Shown here piece by piece: positions 46,273 to 55,464 of a DNA stretch of 64,000 nucleotides. Within the stretch, counting starts at the first letter, position 1, and each line of letters begins with the position of its first letter. The stretch lies in the NCBI GenBank assembly GCA_964617345.1, contig CAZTXW010000002.1:3100-67099 (forward strand). Direction: 5' to 3'. The translations under genes and the position numbers were made by a program. The notes below the pieces were generated by a model. That model saw only the letters and a program-made list of their open reading frames with translations, had not been told where the DNA came from and did no database searches. This DNA comes from an uncultured Sphaerochaeta sp. GTDB taxonomy: Bacteria > Spirochaetota > Spirochaetia > Sphaerochaetales > Sphaerochaetaceae.

Positions 46273-48205
46273 GGGTACTCTCCAGGCTCTCCGCCTCTTC
46301 ATTGAGGAGGAGCCACGCTTCTTCACTTTCTTCCAGCTTTTTCTCAAGGGAGGCCTTGTCATCAAGGAGGGCCTTGATCTTAACTGCATCGGTGTAGTTC
46401 GCCTCCAGGGCCATACTCTGGTCCAGGACAAGCAGTCGCTTCTCAAGCTTTGCATGCTCTTCGAGCAACTCCTCACTCTGGCGCCTGAGTGTTACCAGGC
46501 GGTTTTTCTGGCGGTTCGCTTCCTTGTAGGAGAGTGCTGCTAAAGGAATCTCCTCCTCTTTCTCCTTGGTCAGATTCTCCGCTTCCACGCGCTCCTTTTG
46601 TTCAAGCTTGTAGGAGAAGTAGGAGTAGTCCCCGTCAAAGAATTCAGGAGGGTCGGTATTGGTGAGGTAGAGGATCCTGGTGGCTATATGTTCGATGAAG
46701 TGCGCGTCATGGCTGACGAAGACCATCGTCCCGTCGTAGTGCTCCAGGGCCTTGAGCAACATCTGCTTGGCATTGATGTCCAGGTGGTTGGTCGGCTCGT
46801 CCAGGATGAGCAGGTTCACCGGGTGCAGCAAGATCTTCAGGAGGGCCAGGCGGCTTCTCTCCCCTCCGCTGAGCACCGAGACGCTTTTGAAGACATCATC
46901 CCCACTGAAGAGAAAGGAGCCCAGATAGTTGCGCAACTTGGGCAGGTCAGCTGTGGCGGCAACGCGGCTGACCTCCTCAAGGACGGTCAGGGTAGGGTCC
47001 AGTGTCTTCTCCGTGTCCTGGGCAAAGTAGCCGATACTGACGCCGCTGCCCTGGCGTATCACGCCCTCGTACGTCGTATCAACTCCGCAGAGCATCCTCA
47101 GCAAGGTGCTTTTTCCCGATCCGTTCTTGCCGGTCACCGCAAGCCTTTCGCCGCGGTTGACCTGAAAGGAGAACTTGTCAAATATAACCTGGTCCTCGTA
47201 GTTCTTGTGCAGGTCCTCCACGATGAGCACATCGTTGCCACTGTGCGGAGCAGGGGGGAAGGTGAAGGAGAGCTGCTTGAGGTGGGAAGGCACCTCTACG
47301 ATCTCCATCTTCTCTATCTGCTTGATTCTGCTCTGCACCTGCTTGCTCTTGGTCGCCTTGTAGCGGAACCTGTCGATGAACTGCCCGGTCTTCTCCAGCT
47401 TCTCCTGCTGCTGCCTGTAGGCAGCCTCCAGCTGCGCTATCTCCAGCTCGCGCTGCTGGAGGTACTTGGTATAGTTTCCGCTGTAGCGGGTGAGCTTGCC
47501 TGCAAAGAGCTCGAAGACCTCGTTGACACTCTCATCCAGGAACGCCTGGTCATGTGAAACTATCATGATGCCCCCGGAGTAGACCTTCAGGTAGTTCTTC
47601 AGCCAGTAGCGTGCCTCGATATCAAGATAGTTGGTAGGCTCGTCAAGCAGCATGATGGTAGGGTGTTCGACCAGGACCTTGGCTAAGGCGATGCGCATTT
47701 GCCACCCTCCGGAGAACTCCAGGCACTGGCGGTCGAAGTCCGATGGGAGGAAGCCCAGGCCACTGAGCACCTGCTCGATCTTCTCCTTGCGGGAGAAGTA
47801 GCCCTCGTCCAGCAAGCTGTCCTGGATTGCAGCAAGACGCACGAGAAGAGGGTAGGTGTTCTCCTCCTCGGTAGAGAGGGCAAGTTCATGTTCCAGATAT
47901 TTTTTCTCTGCTAGAATCTCATCAAAGCGTGCATAGCCCTTCTCTACTTCAGAGTAGACGCTTCCCTCGTCAAAGAGGATGTCGCTTTGGGGTAGGTACG
48001 AGATGCGAAGGTCGCGCGTCTTGCTCACGCTCATGCTGTCGGCGGCCATCTGGCCGCTGAGAATCTTCAAGAGCGTTGACTTGCCGCTACCGTTGCCTCC
48101 TGCGAGTGCGCTACGGCTTTTTTCTGTAAGGATAAAGGACACATCGTCCAGAATATCCCTGTCTGCAAATGCAAGGTGCATGCTTTGTACCTGCAACGTT
48201 GCCAC
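46259..48205 (-). CDS. ABC-F family ATPase (ribosome-associated, no TM domains)
   Basis: Two ABC domains (GNGSGKST/FSGGWQMR/LDEPTNYLD and GKNGSGKST/LSGGERSR/LDEPTNHLD); RYKATK linker; C-terminal coiled coil. Confidence 0.93.
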   Translation of the reverse strand: MATLQVQSMHLAFADRDILDDVSFILTEKSRSALAGGNGSGKSTLLKILSGQMAADSMSVSKTRDLRISYLPQSDILFDEGSVYSEVEKGYARFDEILAEKKYLEHELALSTEEENTYPLLVRLAAIQDSLLDEGYFSRKEKIEQVLSGLGFLPSDFDRQCLEFSGGWQMRIALAKVLVEHPTIMLLDEPTNYLDIEARYWLKNYLKVYSGGIMIVSHDQAFLDESVNEVFELFAGKLTRYSGNYTKYLQQRELEIAQLEAAYRQQQEKLEKTGQFIDRFRYKATKSKQVQSRIKQIEKMEIVEVPSHLKQLSFTFPPAPHSGNDVLIVEDLHKNYEDQVIFDKFSFQVNRGERLAVTGKNGSGKSTLLRMLCGVDTTYEGVIRQGSGVSIGYFAQDTEKTLDPTLTVLEEVSRVAATADLPKLRNYLGSFLFSGDDVFKSVSVLSGGERSRLALLKILLHPVNLLILDEPTNHLDINAKQMLLKALEHYDGTMVFVSHDAHFIEHIATRILYLTNTDPPEFFDGDYSYFSYKLEQKERVEAENLTKEKEEEIPLAALSYKEANRQKNRLVTLRRQSEELLEEHAKLEKRLLVLDQSMALEANYTDAVKIKALLDDKASLEKKLEESEEAWLLLNEEAESLESTLGQA

Positions 48206-48232
48206 TATACTGCCCCTTTATGTAAACGGGTG

Positions 48233-48261
48233 TTGAAAAGCCCGTTATTTGACGTTATGAT
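48233..48261 (+). promoter_or_regulatory. Sigma70-type promoter for aroDE
   Basis: TTGAAA-N17-TATGAT. Confidence 0.55.
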
Positions 48262-48317
48262 AACCTTAACACAAGCATGTGTTCTAGGACAATCCACCCA
48301 ACTCCAGGAGGTTTACA

Positions 48318-49796
48318 GTGCTATGCCTTACCCTTACCGGCTCTACCCTAGAGGAGAACCGGGCCCTGGTGGAACAGAACAGGGCGTGGATTTCCCTCGC
48401 AGAGCTCCGTCTTGATCATCTCAGAGCTGATGAACAGAAGATTGCCTCGTCCTTTCCCTCGACAGTAGATCTGCCGGTCATCCTGACTTTCCGCCGCAAG
48501 AGCGATGGGGGAGAGTGTGACCTCAGCGAAAAGGAACGGTTGCAGATCCTGTATGAGACAGCAAAAGGGGAGTATGCCTATGTCGACATAGAGGAGGATG
48601 TGAAGAAGAGCGACCTCAAGTTCAAGGACCCCATGATTGAGCAGAAGGTCGACTTCGAGCGTTCGCTGCGCGATCGTGGGGTCAGGATCATCAGGAGCCT
48701 GCACGACTTCACCTGTGTCCCCGCCGACATCTACGGCAGGATCTCCAAGCTGGCCTCCAAAGGTGACATTCCCAAGGTGGCGGTCACTCCCAAGAGCATG
48801 ATCGACGTCATCTCCCTGTTCAGGGTGCACGCAGAGCTCTCAGACATCAAGGAGAAGATCATTATCGGAATGGGTGAGTATGGCATCTGTACCCGCCTTC
48901 TCTACAAGAAATGCGGCTCGATGCTGAGCTTCTGCTCCGATTCCCAGGCAGCCCCCGGTCATCTGGGTGCCAGGGTGATGAGTGAGCTCTACCATGCCGA
49001 CAAGGTGGATGAGAAGACCCATGTGTTCGGCATCATAGGAAACCCTGTCTACCATACCGCCTCGCCCAGGATCCATAATCCGGGCTTTGTGGCTATCCAC
49101 TACAATGCAATCTACGTGCCGTTTCTCGTCGATTCCGTACGGGCATTCTTCAAGCTTGCAGAGATGCTGCAGATTCACGGCTTCTCGGTGACCGTGCCCC
49201 ACAAGAGAAATGTCCAGCCCTACCTCGGGCGTATCACGCGTGAGGTAAAGCAGATCGGGGCGTGCAATACGGTGACCCGGATCCAGAACATGTGGAAAGG
49301 TACCAACACTGACTACTATGGCTTTCTTGCCCCCATAGCGGAGGATATAGCCCAGGAGAAGATCCGGAGCGCCCTGGTCATTGGGGCCGGAGGGGCGAGC
49401 AGGGCAGTGGTCTGGGCCCTGCACAACCACGGCGTCAAGGTAACCATCGTGAACCGGAGCATGGAAAAGGCCCGCCAGCTCGCTGGTGAGACCATGAGCA
49501 GCTGTGACACCTTGGAAAATTGCAACCTCTACAAGGCAGATCTGGTCGTACAGACAACCAGTGTCGGCATGGAGCCGTATGCCGATGATGATCCTGTGCC
49601 TTCGTTTGTCTTTACCGGCAATGAGGTCGTCTATGAGCTGGTGTACCAACCAAAGGAGACCCCCTTCTCCAGGAGGGCCACAGAGGCGGGATGTCGTGTC
49701 ATTGGGGGAGGGGAGATGCTGCTCGAGCAGGGCAAGCTCCAGTTTGAGGCTTTCAGCGGATACCACTATCCCCACTGGATACACCCGGATATCTAG
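48318..49796 (+). CDS. aroDE: Bifunctional type I 3-dehydroquinate dehydratase / shikimate dehydrogenase
   Basis: N-terminal ELRLD, SLHDF, PKVA, IGMGE; C-terminal GNPVYHTASP.IHN, SVTVPHK, NTDYYGF, IGAGGAS, MLLEQG. Confidence 0.92.
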   Translation: MLCLTLTGSTLEENRALVEQNRAWISLAELRLDHLRADEQKIASSFPSTVDLPVILTFRRKSDGGECDLSEKERLQILYETAKGEYAYVDIEEDVKKSDLKFKDPMIEQKVDFERSLRDRGVRIIRSLHDFTCVPADIYGRISKLASKGDIPKVAVTPKSMIDVISLFRVHAELSDIKEKIIIGMGEYGICTRLLYKKCGSMLSFCSDSQAAPGHLGARVMSELYHADKVDEKTHVFGIIGNPVYHTASPRIHNPGFVAIHYNAIYVPFLVDSVRAFFKLAEMLQIHGFSVTVPHKRNVQPYLGRITREVKQIGACNTVTRIQNMWKGTNTDYYGFLAPIAEDIAQEKIRSALVIGAGGASRAVVWALHNHGVKVTIVNRSMEKARQLAGETMSSCDTLENCNLYKADLVVQTTSVGMEPYADDDPVPSFVFTGNEVVYELVYQPKETPFSRRATEAGCRVIGGGEMLLEQGKLQFEAFSGYHYPHWIHPDI

Positions 49797-51697
49797 ACCA
49801 GGTGGTAGCGTAGCTGCCTCACCAGGAATATCTTGCTGACCGGGATGATCTTCACCTCCATGTCAGGCATCACTGCGGCCTTCAGCAGCGCTTCCTTTTG
49901 TGCCGTATAGGCAACTTCCAGAGCCTGGACGATCAGTTCCTGGTCGGGGAGCATCAGCTGCAGTGCAATGTTCTTCTTGCCCACAGCGTTGCGGCAGAGC
50001 CCTACCTTCCCCTGATAGTCAAACCCTCCGGCCTCGATCACCCCATTCACCACCTGGGCAACGATCTGCTCCTCAACGAGGATCATCTTTGCCTTGAAAC
50101 GCTGCTCAAGGTCCGACCGTTCGGCCTTGGTGAGCTTTGCAGTCTCAATCTTCATGCGCAGTTCCTTGTCCAGGCTCACAGGATGCATCTCCTGCAATGG
50201 GAGGATGTCGATGGATAGTGGTGCCACCTTGTTTTCCTGAACAAGCTTCTCAAAGAGAGGATTGTCCGCTTCAGGGATTGCCTCCGTGCGTTCGCCGTTT
50301 CGCTTTGCAGGGACCAGGACACCGCTTTGTACCAGGATGGTACGCCATGTCTGCTCAGTCGAGCGTTTCATCAGGAAGGTGTTGGCTGCGATCGTCGCCA
50401 CAATATGGTCCTGCATGCTCTCAAGCTGGGTAAGCAGTCGTGTCACCCGATCTTCTGTGACAAGCACTATCCCATCATAGATGGTTATCTGCTGATACCG
50501 CTCATGGGTGATACCAAGCATCTTCAGCAGCGAATCACTCATCAGGGGGTAGCTGTTCTTCTCCAGATAGGTGCGGATATCTTCCCAAGCGAGGTTGCCG
50601 TCCAGGCCGCGGGTAAAGCTTTGGGCCGTAACCTGGTAGCTGGTCTGCCGGTCGAGGATTGAGAGGTCGGAGAAGCGGTACAGGATGTCGGAGTCGCTGC
50701 AACTGCCGCTGTAACTGATCGTGTTATCCGAATCGATGACCAGCGTGGAACGCCCTGTCTCCTCCTCTATCTGGTTTGCATGCCATATGTTGTTCAGGCT
50801 CAGCACACCCAGGGTGCTCAGCCTGTCCAACAGCGTCCCCTCGTATTCGATGCCACTTTTGAGAGCGAGTATCTTGAGCAGGAGCTTGAGCGAAGCTGTG
50901 TCGCAGGAACCTAGCTTCTGTAGTACTGCTATGAGGTTATTTGCAAAAAAGACTGCCTTTGGGCGCTCCTTCTCCCTGGGAAAGGGTTCTGCAAGCAACA
51001 GGCACAGTAGCTGGCGGTCATTGAGGGAGAGCAACTGGTGGGCCTTCCCAAAGTCAACCGCTATACGTTTCTCTCCTGTCAGGACGCACTGCCTGGACAA
51101 TACCTCCCCCAGGAGGGCAAAGAGCAGCTTCAGCTGTTCTGAGCTGTAGGCAGGGAAGAGGGAGCTGTACTCCTCCTTGTAGGTGAGTTTCTGCTCCCTG
51201 TCCATCACGTTCAGGTAGGCTCGGACAAATTCAGTCGAACAGTAGGGGCCATGCTGTAGAGGATCGCTTTCCTCTCCAAACAGGGGCTTGAGGGAGCAAA
51301 GGGGGCGAACCCTCTCCTCGAAGAGGGGATTGAAGATCAAGGAACCCCCATCATTTATCAGGATCATACGCTCCTGCAGGTTGGATACCCGGCGCACCAG
51401 CTTGCCATAGCTCCATTTGCCTTCAAGCAATTTGATGATATTCTCCCCGGTGAGTGGGCCTGCGATGTTGACCAGGCTCAGGATGATCTGGTCCATCTCA
51501 TCTATGAGTGAGAGGATCTTTTCCTCTATCTCGGGCTGTGAGAAGAAATTGCACAGCTTGGTTGTTAGGGCCGGCTTGTGGAACGGGGTCTTTATCAGAC
51601 CCAGATAGTTGCGTGCAAGGTAGAAATAATTCTCCTCGGAATATCTGTTCAGCAGTGTCTTGAAAGCATCTTTAGCATATTCGGTCAATGGGGCCAT
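49793..51697 (-). CDS. XPB-associated protein (Helicase_C_3-like domain; possible C-terminal WYL-like domain)
   Basis: Overlaps the XPB stop. Its segment LVIDSDNTI...FSDL...YQVTAQSFTRGLDG resembles the XPB N-terminus (LIVQSDKTL...FCEL...YSLSAISLWNAASSG). Confidence 0.65.
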   Translation of the reverse strand: MAPLTEYAKDAFKTLLNRYSEENYFYLARNYLGLIKTPFHKPALTTKLCNFFSQPEIEEKILSLIDEMDQIILSLVNIAGPLTGENIIKLLEGKWSYGKLVRRVSNLQERMILINDGGSLIFNPLFEERVRPLCSLKPLFGEESDPLQHGPYCSTEFVRAYLNVMDREQKLTYKEEYSSLFPAYSSEQLKLLFALLGEVLSRQCVLTGEKRIAVDFGKAHQLLSLNDRQLLCLLLAEPFPREKERPKAVFFANNLIAVLQKLGSCDTASLKLLLKILALKSGIEYEGTLLDRLSTLGVLSLNNIWHANQIEEETGRSTLVIDSDNTISYSGSCSDSDILYRFSDLSILDRQTSYQVTAQSFTRGLDGNLAWEDIRTYLEKNSYPLMSDSLLKMLGITHERYQQITIYDGIVLVTEDRVTRLLTQLESMQDHIVATIAANTFLMKRSTEQTWRTILVQSGVLVPAKRNGERTEAIPEADNPLFEKLVQENKVAPLSIDILPLQEMHPVSLDKELRMKIETAKLTKAERSDLEQRFKAKMILVEEQIVAQVVNGVIEAGGFDYQGKVGLCRNAVGKKNIALQLMLPDQELIVQALEVAYTAQKEALLKAAVMPDMEVKIIPVSKIFLVRQLRYHLV

Positions 51698-53346
51698 ACC
51701 TCAATTTCATAGGAGTATCCCTGCTCCGCAAGGAACTTCTGTCGGTTTGCCGCAAACTCCTCTTCGTTGGAGTAGCGTGTAACAATGGAATAGAAAAAAC
51801 TGGCTCGGTCCTTGGGGCGGAGTATCCTTCCCAGCCTTTGCGCCTCCTCACTACGGGACCCGAAGGTTCCGGAGACCTGGATTGCTACGGATGCATCGGG
51901 CAGGTCTATGGCAAAGTTTGCCACCTTGCTCACCACCAGGATATGAATTTCCCCCTCCTTGAAGAGGCGGTAGAGTTCCTCACGCTTGGCATTGGGGGTG
52001 CTTCCGGTGATGATGGGCAGGCCGAACATTGCCGCTATGGTCTCGAGCTGGGAGATGTACTGCCCGATGATGAGGATAAAGTCATCGGGATGGCGCGCCA
52101 CCAGAGCCTTGACGACATCAAGCTTCAGGGGGTTCTCGCTTGCCATGCGGAACTTCTCCCGCTTGTTTCCCACTGCGTAGGGGATCTCCAATTCAGGGGG
52201 AAGGTCGACCCTGACCTCATGGCAGAAGGCCTCCGCTATGAAGCCCTGCTGCTGCAGCTCGTTCCAGGGGACATCAAAGCGTTTGGGACCTACGAGGGAG
52301 AAAACCTCATCCTCGCGTCCGTCCTCACGTACCAGAGTCGCGGTCAGCCCCACACGGTAGACCGCCTGGAGTTCTGCGGTGATCTTGAATACAGGGGCAG
52401 GCAGCATGTGCACCTCATCGTAGATGATCAGGCCCCATTCACCTTTGGTCAGCAGTTCCAGATGGGGGAACGGGCCTTCCTTGTCAGGACGGTAGGTGAG
52501 TACCTGGTAGGTACAGACAGTCACATCCTTGGGTTCCTTGCGCTCGCCTGTGTATTCACCGATTTGCTCGACCTTGAGGTCCATCTTGTCAAGGATCTCA
52601 TCGCGCCACTGGTGGACCGCAGCGATGTTGGTGGTCACAATGAGCGTCTTTGTCTGCAGAAGGCTCATGATCTGCATTCCAACCACCGTCTTTCCCGATC
52701 CGCAGGGCAATACTATGGTTCCATAGCCGCATCCGGGTCCAAGGTCGCCCAAAAGAGCCTGGGCTGCCTGCTTCTGGTACTCCCTGACACTGAACTTGTA
52801 GCCCCCCAGGGACTTGCTCCTCAGCTCCATAGGCACTGCAATACCCTTTTCCAAGGGGATACGGTCATCGACAGGGTAGCCGAGCTTGATGAGCTGCAGC
52901 TTGATCTCCCCCCGGTTGTATTTCTCTATGAGAAAGGAGTTCTCGTCATTGGGAACCAACATCTTGGAAATATGCTTGCGGGCAGCCATCTCTGCCTTGA
53001 TCCTCGCACTCTCGATGCAGAGCATGTAGTACATGGGGTCTTCGCTTGAAGTGAGCACCACCTTGCCGAAGCGTGAGGCTATGTCGGTGACATAGAAGAG
53101 GACACTCTCGCTGACAGGGAAGCGTGACCAGTACTGGATGCGCTCAGTGATGAAATCACTAGTCACCCCGCTTGAAGCGGCGTTCCACAGCGATATGGCG
53201 CTCAGGGAGTAGGTGTGCACATGCTCTGGGCTCTTTATCAGTTCGCAGAACTTCACCAGATCCGAGCGGCACGCTTCGCTATCCTTATGGTGCACATCAA
53301 GGAGCAGGGTCTTGTCGCTTTGGACTATCAGGGGTTTGTCTCTCAT
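51685..53346 (-). CDS. XPB/Ssl2-like superfamily-2 DNA helicase
   Basis: PLIVQSDKTLLL, LPCGSGKT, DEVH, GLTATLVREDG (RED motif), SKVANFAIDLPDA, QRLGRILR, NRQKFLAEQGY. Confidence 0.93.
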   Translation of the reverse strand: MRDKPLIVQSDKTLLLDVHHKDSEACRSDLVKFCELIKSPEHVHTYSLSAISLWNAASSGVTSDFITERIQYWSRFPVSESVLFYVTDIASRFGKVVLTSSEDPMYYMLCIESARIKAEMAARKHISKMLVPNDENSFLIEKYNRGEIKLQLIKLGYPVDDRIPLEKGIAVPMELRSKSLGGYKFSVREYQKQAAQALLGDLGPGCGYGTIVLPCGSGKTVVGMQIMSLLQTKTLIVTTNIAAVHQWRDEILDKMDLKVEQIGEYTGERKEPKDVTVCTYQVLTYRPDKEGPFPHLELLTKGEWGLIIYDEVHMLPAPVFKITAELQAVYRVGLTATLVREDGREDEVFSLVGPKRFDVPWNELQQQGFIAEAFCHEVRVDLPPELEIPYAVGNKREKFRMASENPLKLDVVKALVARHPDDFILIIGQYISQLETIAAMFGLPIITGSTPNAKREELYRLFKEGEIHILVVSKVANFAIDLPDASVAIQVSGTFGSRSEEAQRLGRILRPKDRASFFYSIVTRYSNEEEFAANRQKFLAEQGYSYEIEVWPH

Positions 53347-54395
53347 CTCTGCCTTCCGAATGCGGTGTACCAGAGGTCCAGCAGGGTGATGGCCACCATC
53401 GCCTCGACCACCACCACTGCCCTTGGGCAGATGCAGGGGTCATGCCGACCCTCTATGACCAGATCTGTGGTGTTGTTCTGCTTGTCCACTGTCTTCTGGC
53501 TCTTGCCTATGGAGGCGGTGGGTCTCACAGCTGCCTGAAGTATGACCTCCTGGCCGCTGGATATGCCTCCGAGGATGCCTCCGCTATGGTTGGAGAGAAA
53601 CCCCTCTTGTGTGCGCTGGTCATTGAAAGCGCTGCCTCGCATCGTGGCACAGGCAAAGCCATCGCCGAACTGGATGCCCTTCATGGCACCGATGCTCATC
53701 ACCGCATGGGAGAGCAGGGCTTGCAGCTTGCCGAACACCGGCTCCCCTATACCTGGGGGGAGGCCGGTTATGCGGCACTCTATGATACCCCCGATGCTGT
53801 CCTTCTCAGAACGGACCTCTTCGATGAGGGAGGCCATGAGAAGGGAAGCCTCCCTGTCTGGGCAGGTGAGGGCATTGTCTGCTTCATCCCAGTTTCGTTT
53901 GGTTGCAACAACATTTCCTACCTGGACAGTCCCTGCAAAGATGGAGATTCCATGCTGGGCGAGTATCTGCTTTGCCACAGAGCCCGCAGCTACACGGGCA
54001 CTGGTCTCCCTTCCTGAAGACCTGCCACCGCCACGGATGTCACGCACCCCGAATTTCTTGTAGAAACTCCAGTCTGCATGGCCGGGGCGGAACAGGTCCT
54101 GGAGATTCGAGTAGTCGTAGGGGCGTTGGTTGGTGTTGTACAGGATCATGGTAAGGGGGGTTCCTGTGGTAAGGCCCTCATACATGCCCGAGAGGATGAC
54201 CAGCTCATCCTGCTCGTTCCTTTCCGTCCCCAGGGGGTTTGCCCCAGGCCTGCGCCGTCTCATCTCGGCCTGGAGGGCTTCGATGTCCAGCCTGAAGCCA
54301 CTTTCGATACCATCGATGGTGACCCCCAGACCCACCCCGTGGGATTCCCCGAATGTGGTGATCGTGAAGGCCGATCCGAAACTATTGTGACCCAT
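53343..54395 (-). CDS. aroC: Chorismate synthase
   Basis: TFGESHG, RPGHAD, GGGRSSGRET, GGILGGIS, GRHDPC. Confidence 0.97.
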   Translation of the reverse strand: MGHNSFGSAFTITTFGESHGVGLGVTIDGIESGFRLDIEALQAEMRRRRPGANPLGTERNEQDELVILSGMYEGLTTGTPLTMILYNTNQRPYDYSNLQDLFRPGHADWSFYKKFGVRDIRGGGRSSGRETSARVAAGSVAKQILAQHGISIFAGTVQVGNVVATKRNWDEADNALTCPDREASLLMASLIEEVRSEKDSIGGIIECRITGLPPGIGEPVFGKLQALLSHAVMSIGAMKGIQFGDGFACATMRGSAFNDQRTQEGFLSNHSGGILGGISSGQEVILQAAVRPTASIGKSQKTVDKQNNTTDLVIEGRHDPCICPRAVVVVEAMVAITLLDLWYTAFGRQR

Positions 54396-54924
54396 GCAGC
54401 AACTCCTCAGAAAGCCTGGAAAAAAGATATTCAGCGTTCTCGTATGTATTCTTGTAAGGAAGCAATTCTACCACAATATCAGATATCTTTCTATAGCGTG
54501 CATCCCGGTAGGTGTAGAGGGCGGAGAAGGAGCCCTCAATATCATGGGGGTCAAGAAAGGGGGGGACCCCCCCAAGCAGGATGCGCTTCAGCAGGGCATC
54601 CTGTTCCACCTGGAGGTAGACCACTGTCCCTGTTGCCCTGATCAGGGAGATGAGGCGCTCGTTGTCACAAGCGCCCCCTCCCAGGCTGATGATGGTCTGC
54701 TTGGGTGAATGGGAAAGAAACGCTTCCAGCGAGGCTGCTTCCTGTGCCATGAAAGCCTCTTTTCCCTCGTTCGTATACAGCTGTCTGATGGACAGCAGTT
54801 CGGGACGGTCGTTGAGGATCAGCTCATCGTTGTCGATGCAGCGATACCCCGCCTTGGTTGCGACCAGTCTGCCCAGGGTGGTCTTGCCACTGTGTTTTAT
54901 TCCGCAGAAATAGAGTATGCCCAT
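54382..54924 (-). CDS. aroK: Shikimate kinase
   Basis: P-loop GIKHSGKTT, ISLGGG, R...Y; adjacent to aroC. Start uncertain (54924 or 54954). Confidence 0.85.
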   Translation of the reverse strand: MGILYFCGIKHSGKTTLGRLVATKAGYRCIDNDELILNDRPELLSIRQLYTNEGKEAFMAQEAASLEAFLSHSPKQTIISLGGGACDNERLISLIRATGTVVYLQVEQDALLKRILLGGVPPFLDPHDIEGSFSALYTYRDARYRKISDIVVELLPYKNTYENAEYLFSRLSEELLHGSQ

Positions 54925-54926
54925 GT

Positions 54927-55400
54927 TCAGGACCTGTCGAATAGTGAGGTCCACTCACCACTGTAGGCGTCCAGGACAGGCACTCTAGCAGGAGTGTTGG
55001 CATAGTAGGAACTCTGCCTTCTCTGCTTGCGTTCGAGGGTGATACGTTCGGCCCTCATCTGGTAGCGTGCCTCATGCAGGTTCTTGCGTACCTGCTCGAG
55101 GTTGTAGTTTACCTTGACTGTCTTCTTCAGGGCATAGTGGAAGGTTACGATCATGGCATACCAGAACAGCGAGAGCAGAAGGGGTTGGAAATCCATGTAG
55201 GTATACCCGCCTACCCTAATTTCTTCCATGGAAGCGAGCGTATAGAGGTTGATCGCATTGGGCCAGAGCAAAAAGAGGGTGATGATGAGAGGAATCACCC
55301 AGTATACTCCTTGCCGGGAAAAGAGAAACCTGAGGGACGCTGTAAATGCCAGAAAGTTCAAAAGTAGACAAACAATGGGTAGTCCATAGGTCTCGATCAT
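54927..55400 (-). CDS. Hypothetical membrane protein (three TM segments plus basic tail)
   Basis: ATG 55400 with GGAGG; first gene of the aroK-aroC-XPB run; no family recognised. Confidence 0.7.
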   Translation of the reverse strand: MIETYGLPIVCLLLNFLAFTASLRFLFSRQGVYWVIPLIITLFLLWPNAINLYTLASMEEIRVGGYTYMDFQPLLLSLFWYAMIVTFHYALKKTVKVNYNLEQVRKNLHEARYQMRAERITLERKQRRQSSYYANTPARVPVLDAYSGEWTSLFDRS

Positions 55401-55464
55401 GATGCCTCCGCTTTCCAAGGGTGTTCTCCTATGATACCATAGCTACACTATTTGGGGAATAACT

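Noticed and set aside
46273-46476. Apparent long overlap between maf and the ABC-F gene, suggesting a frameshift or overlapping coding
   Set aside because: Maf homology begins near VLASQS, and a TTG with GGAG at 46272 gives an ordinary short overlap.
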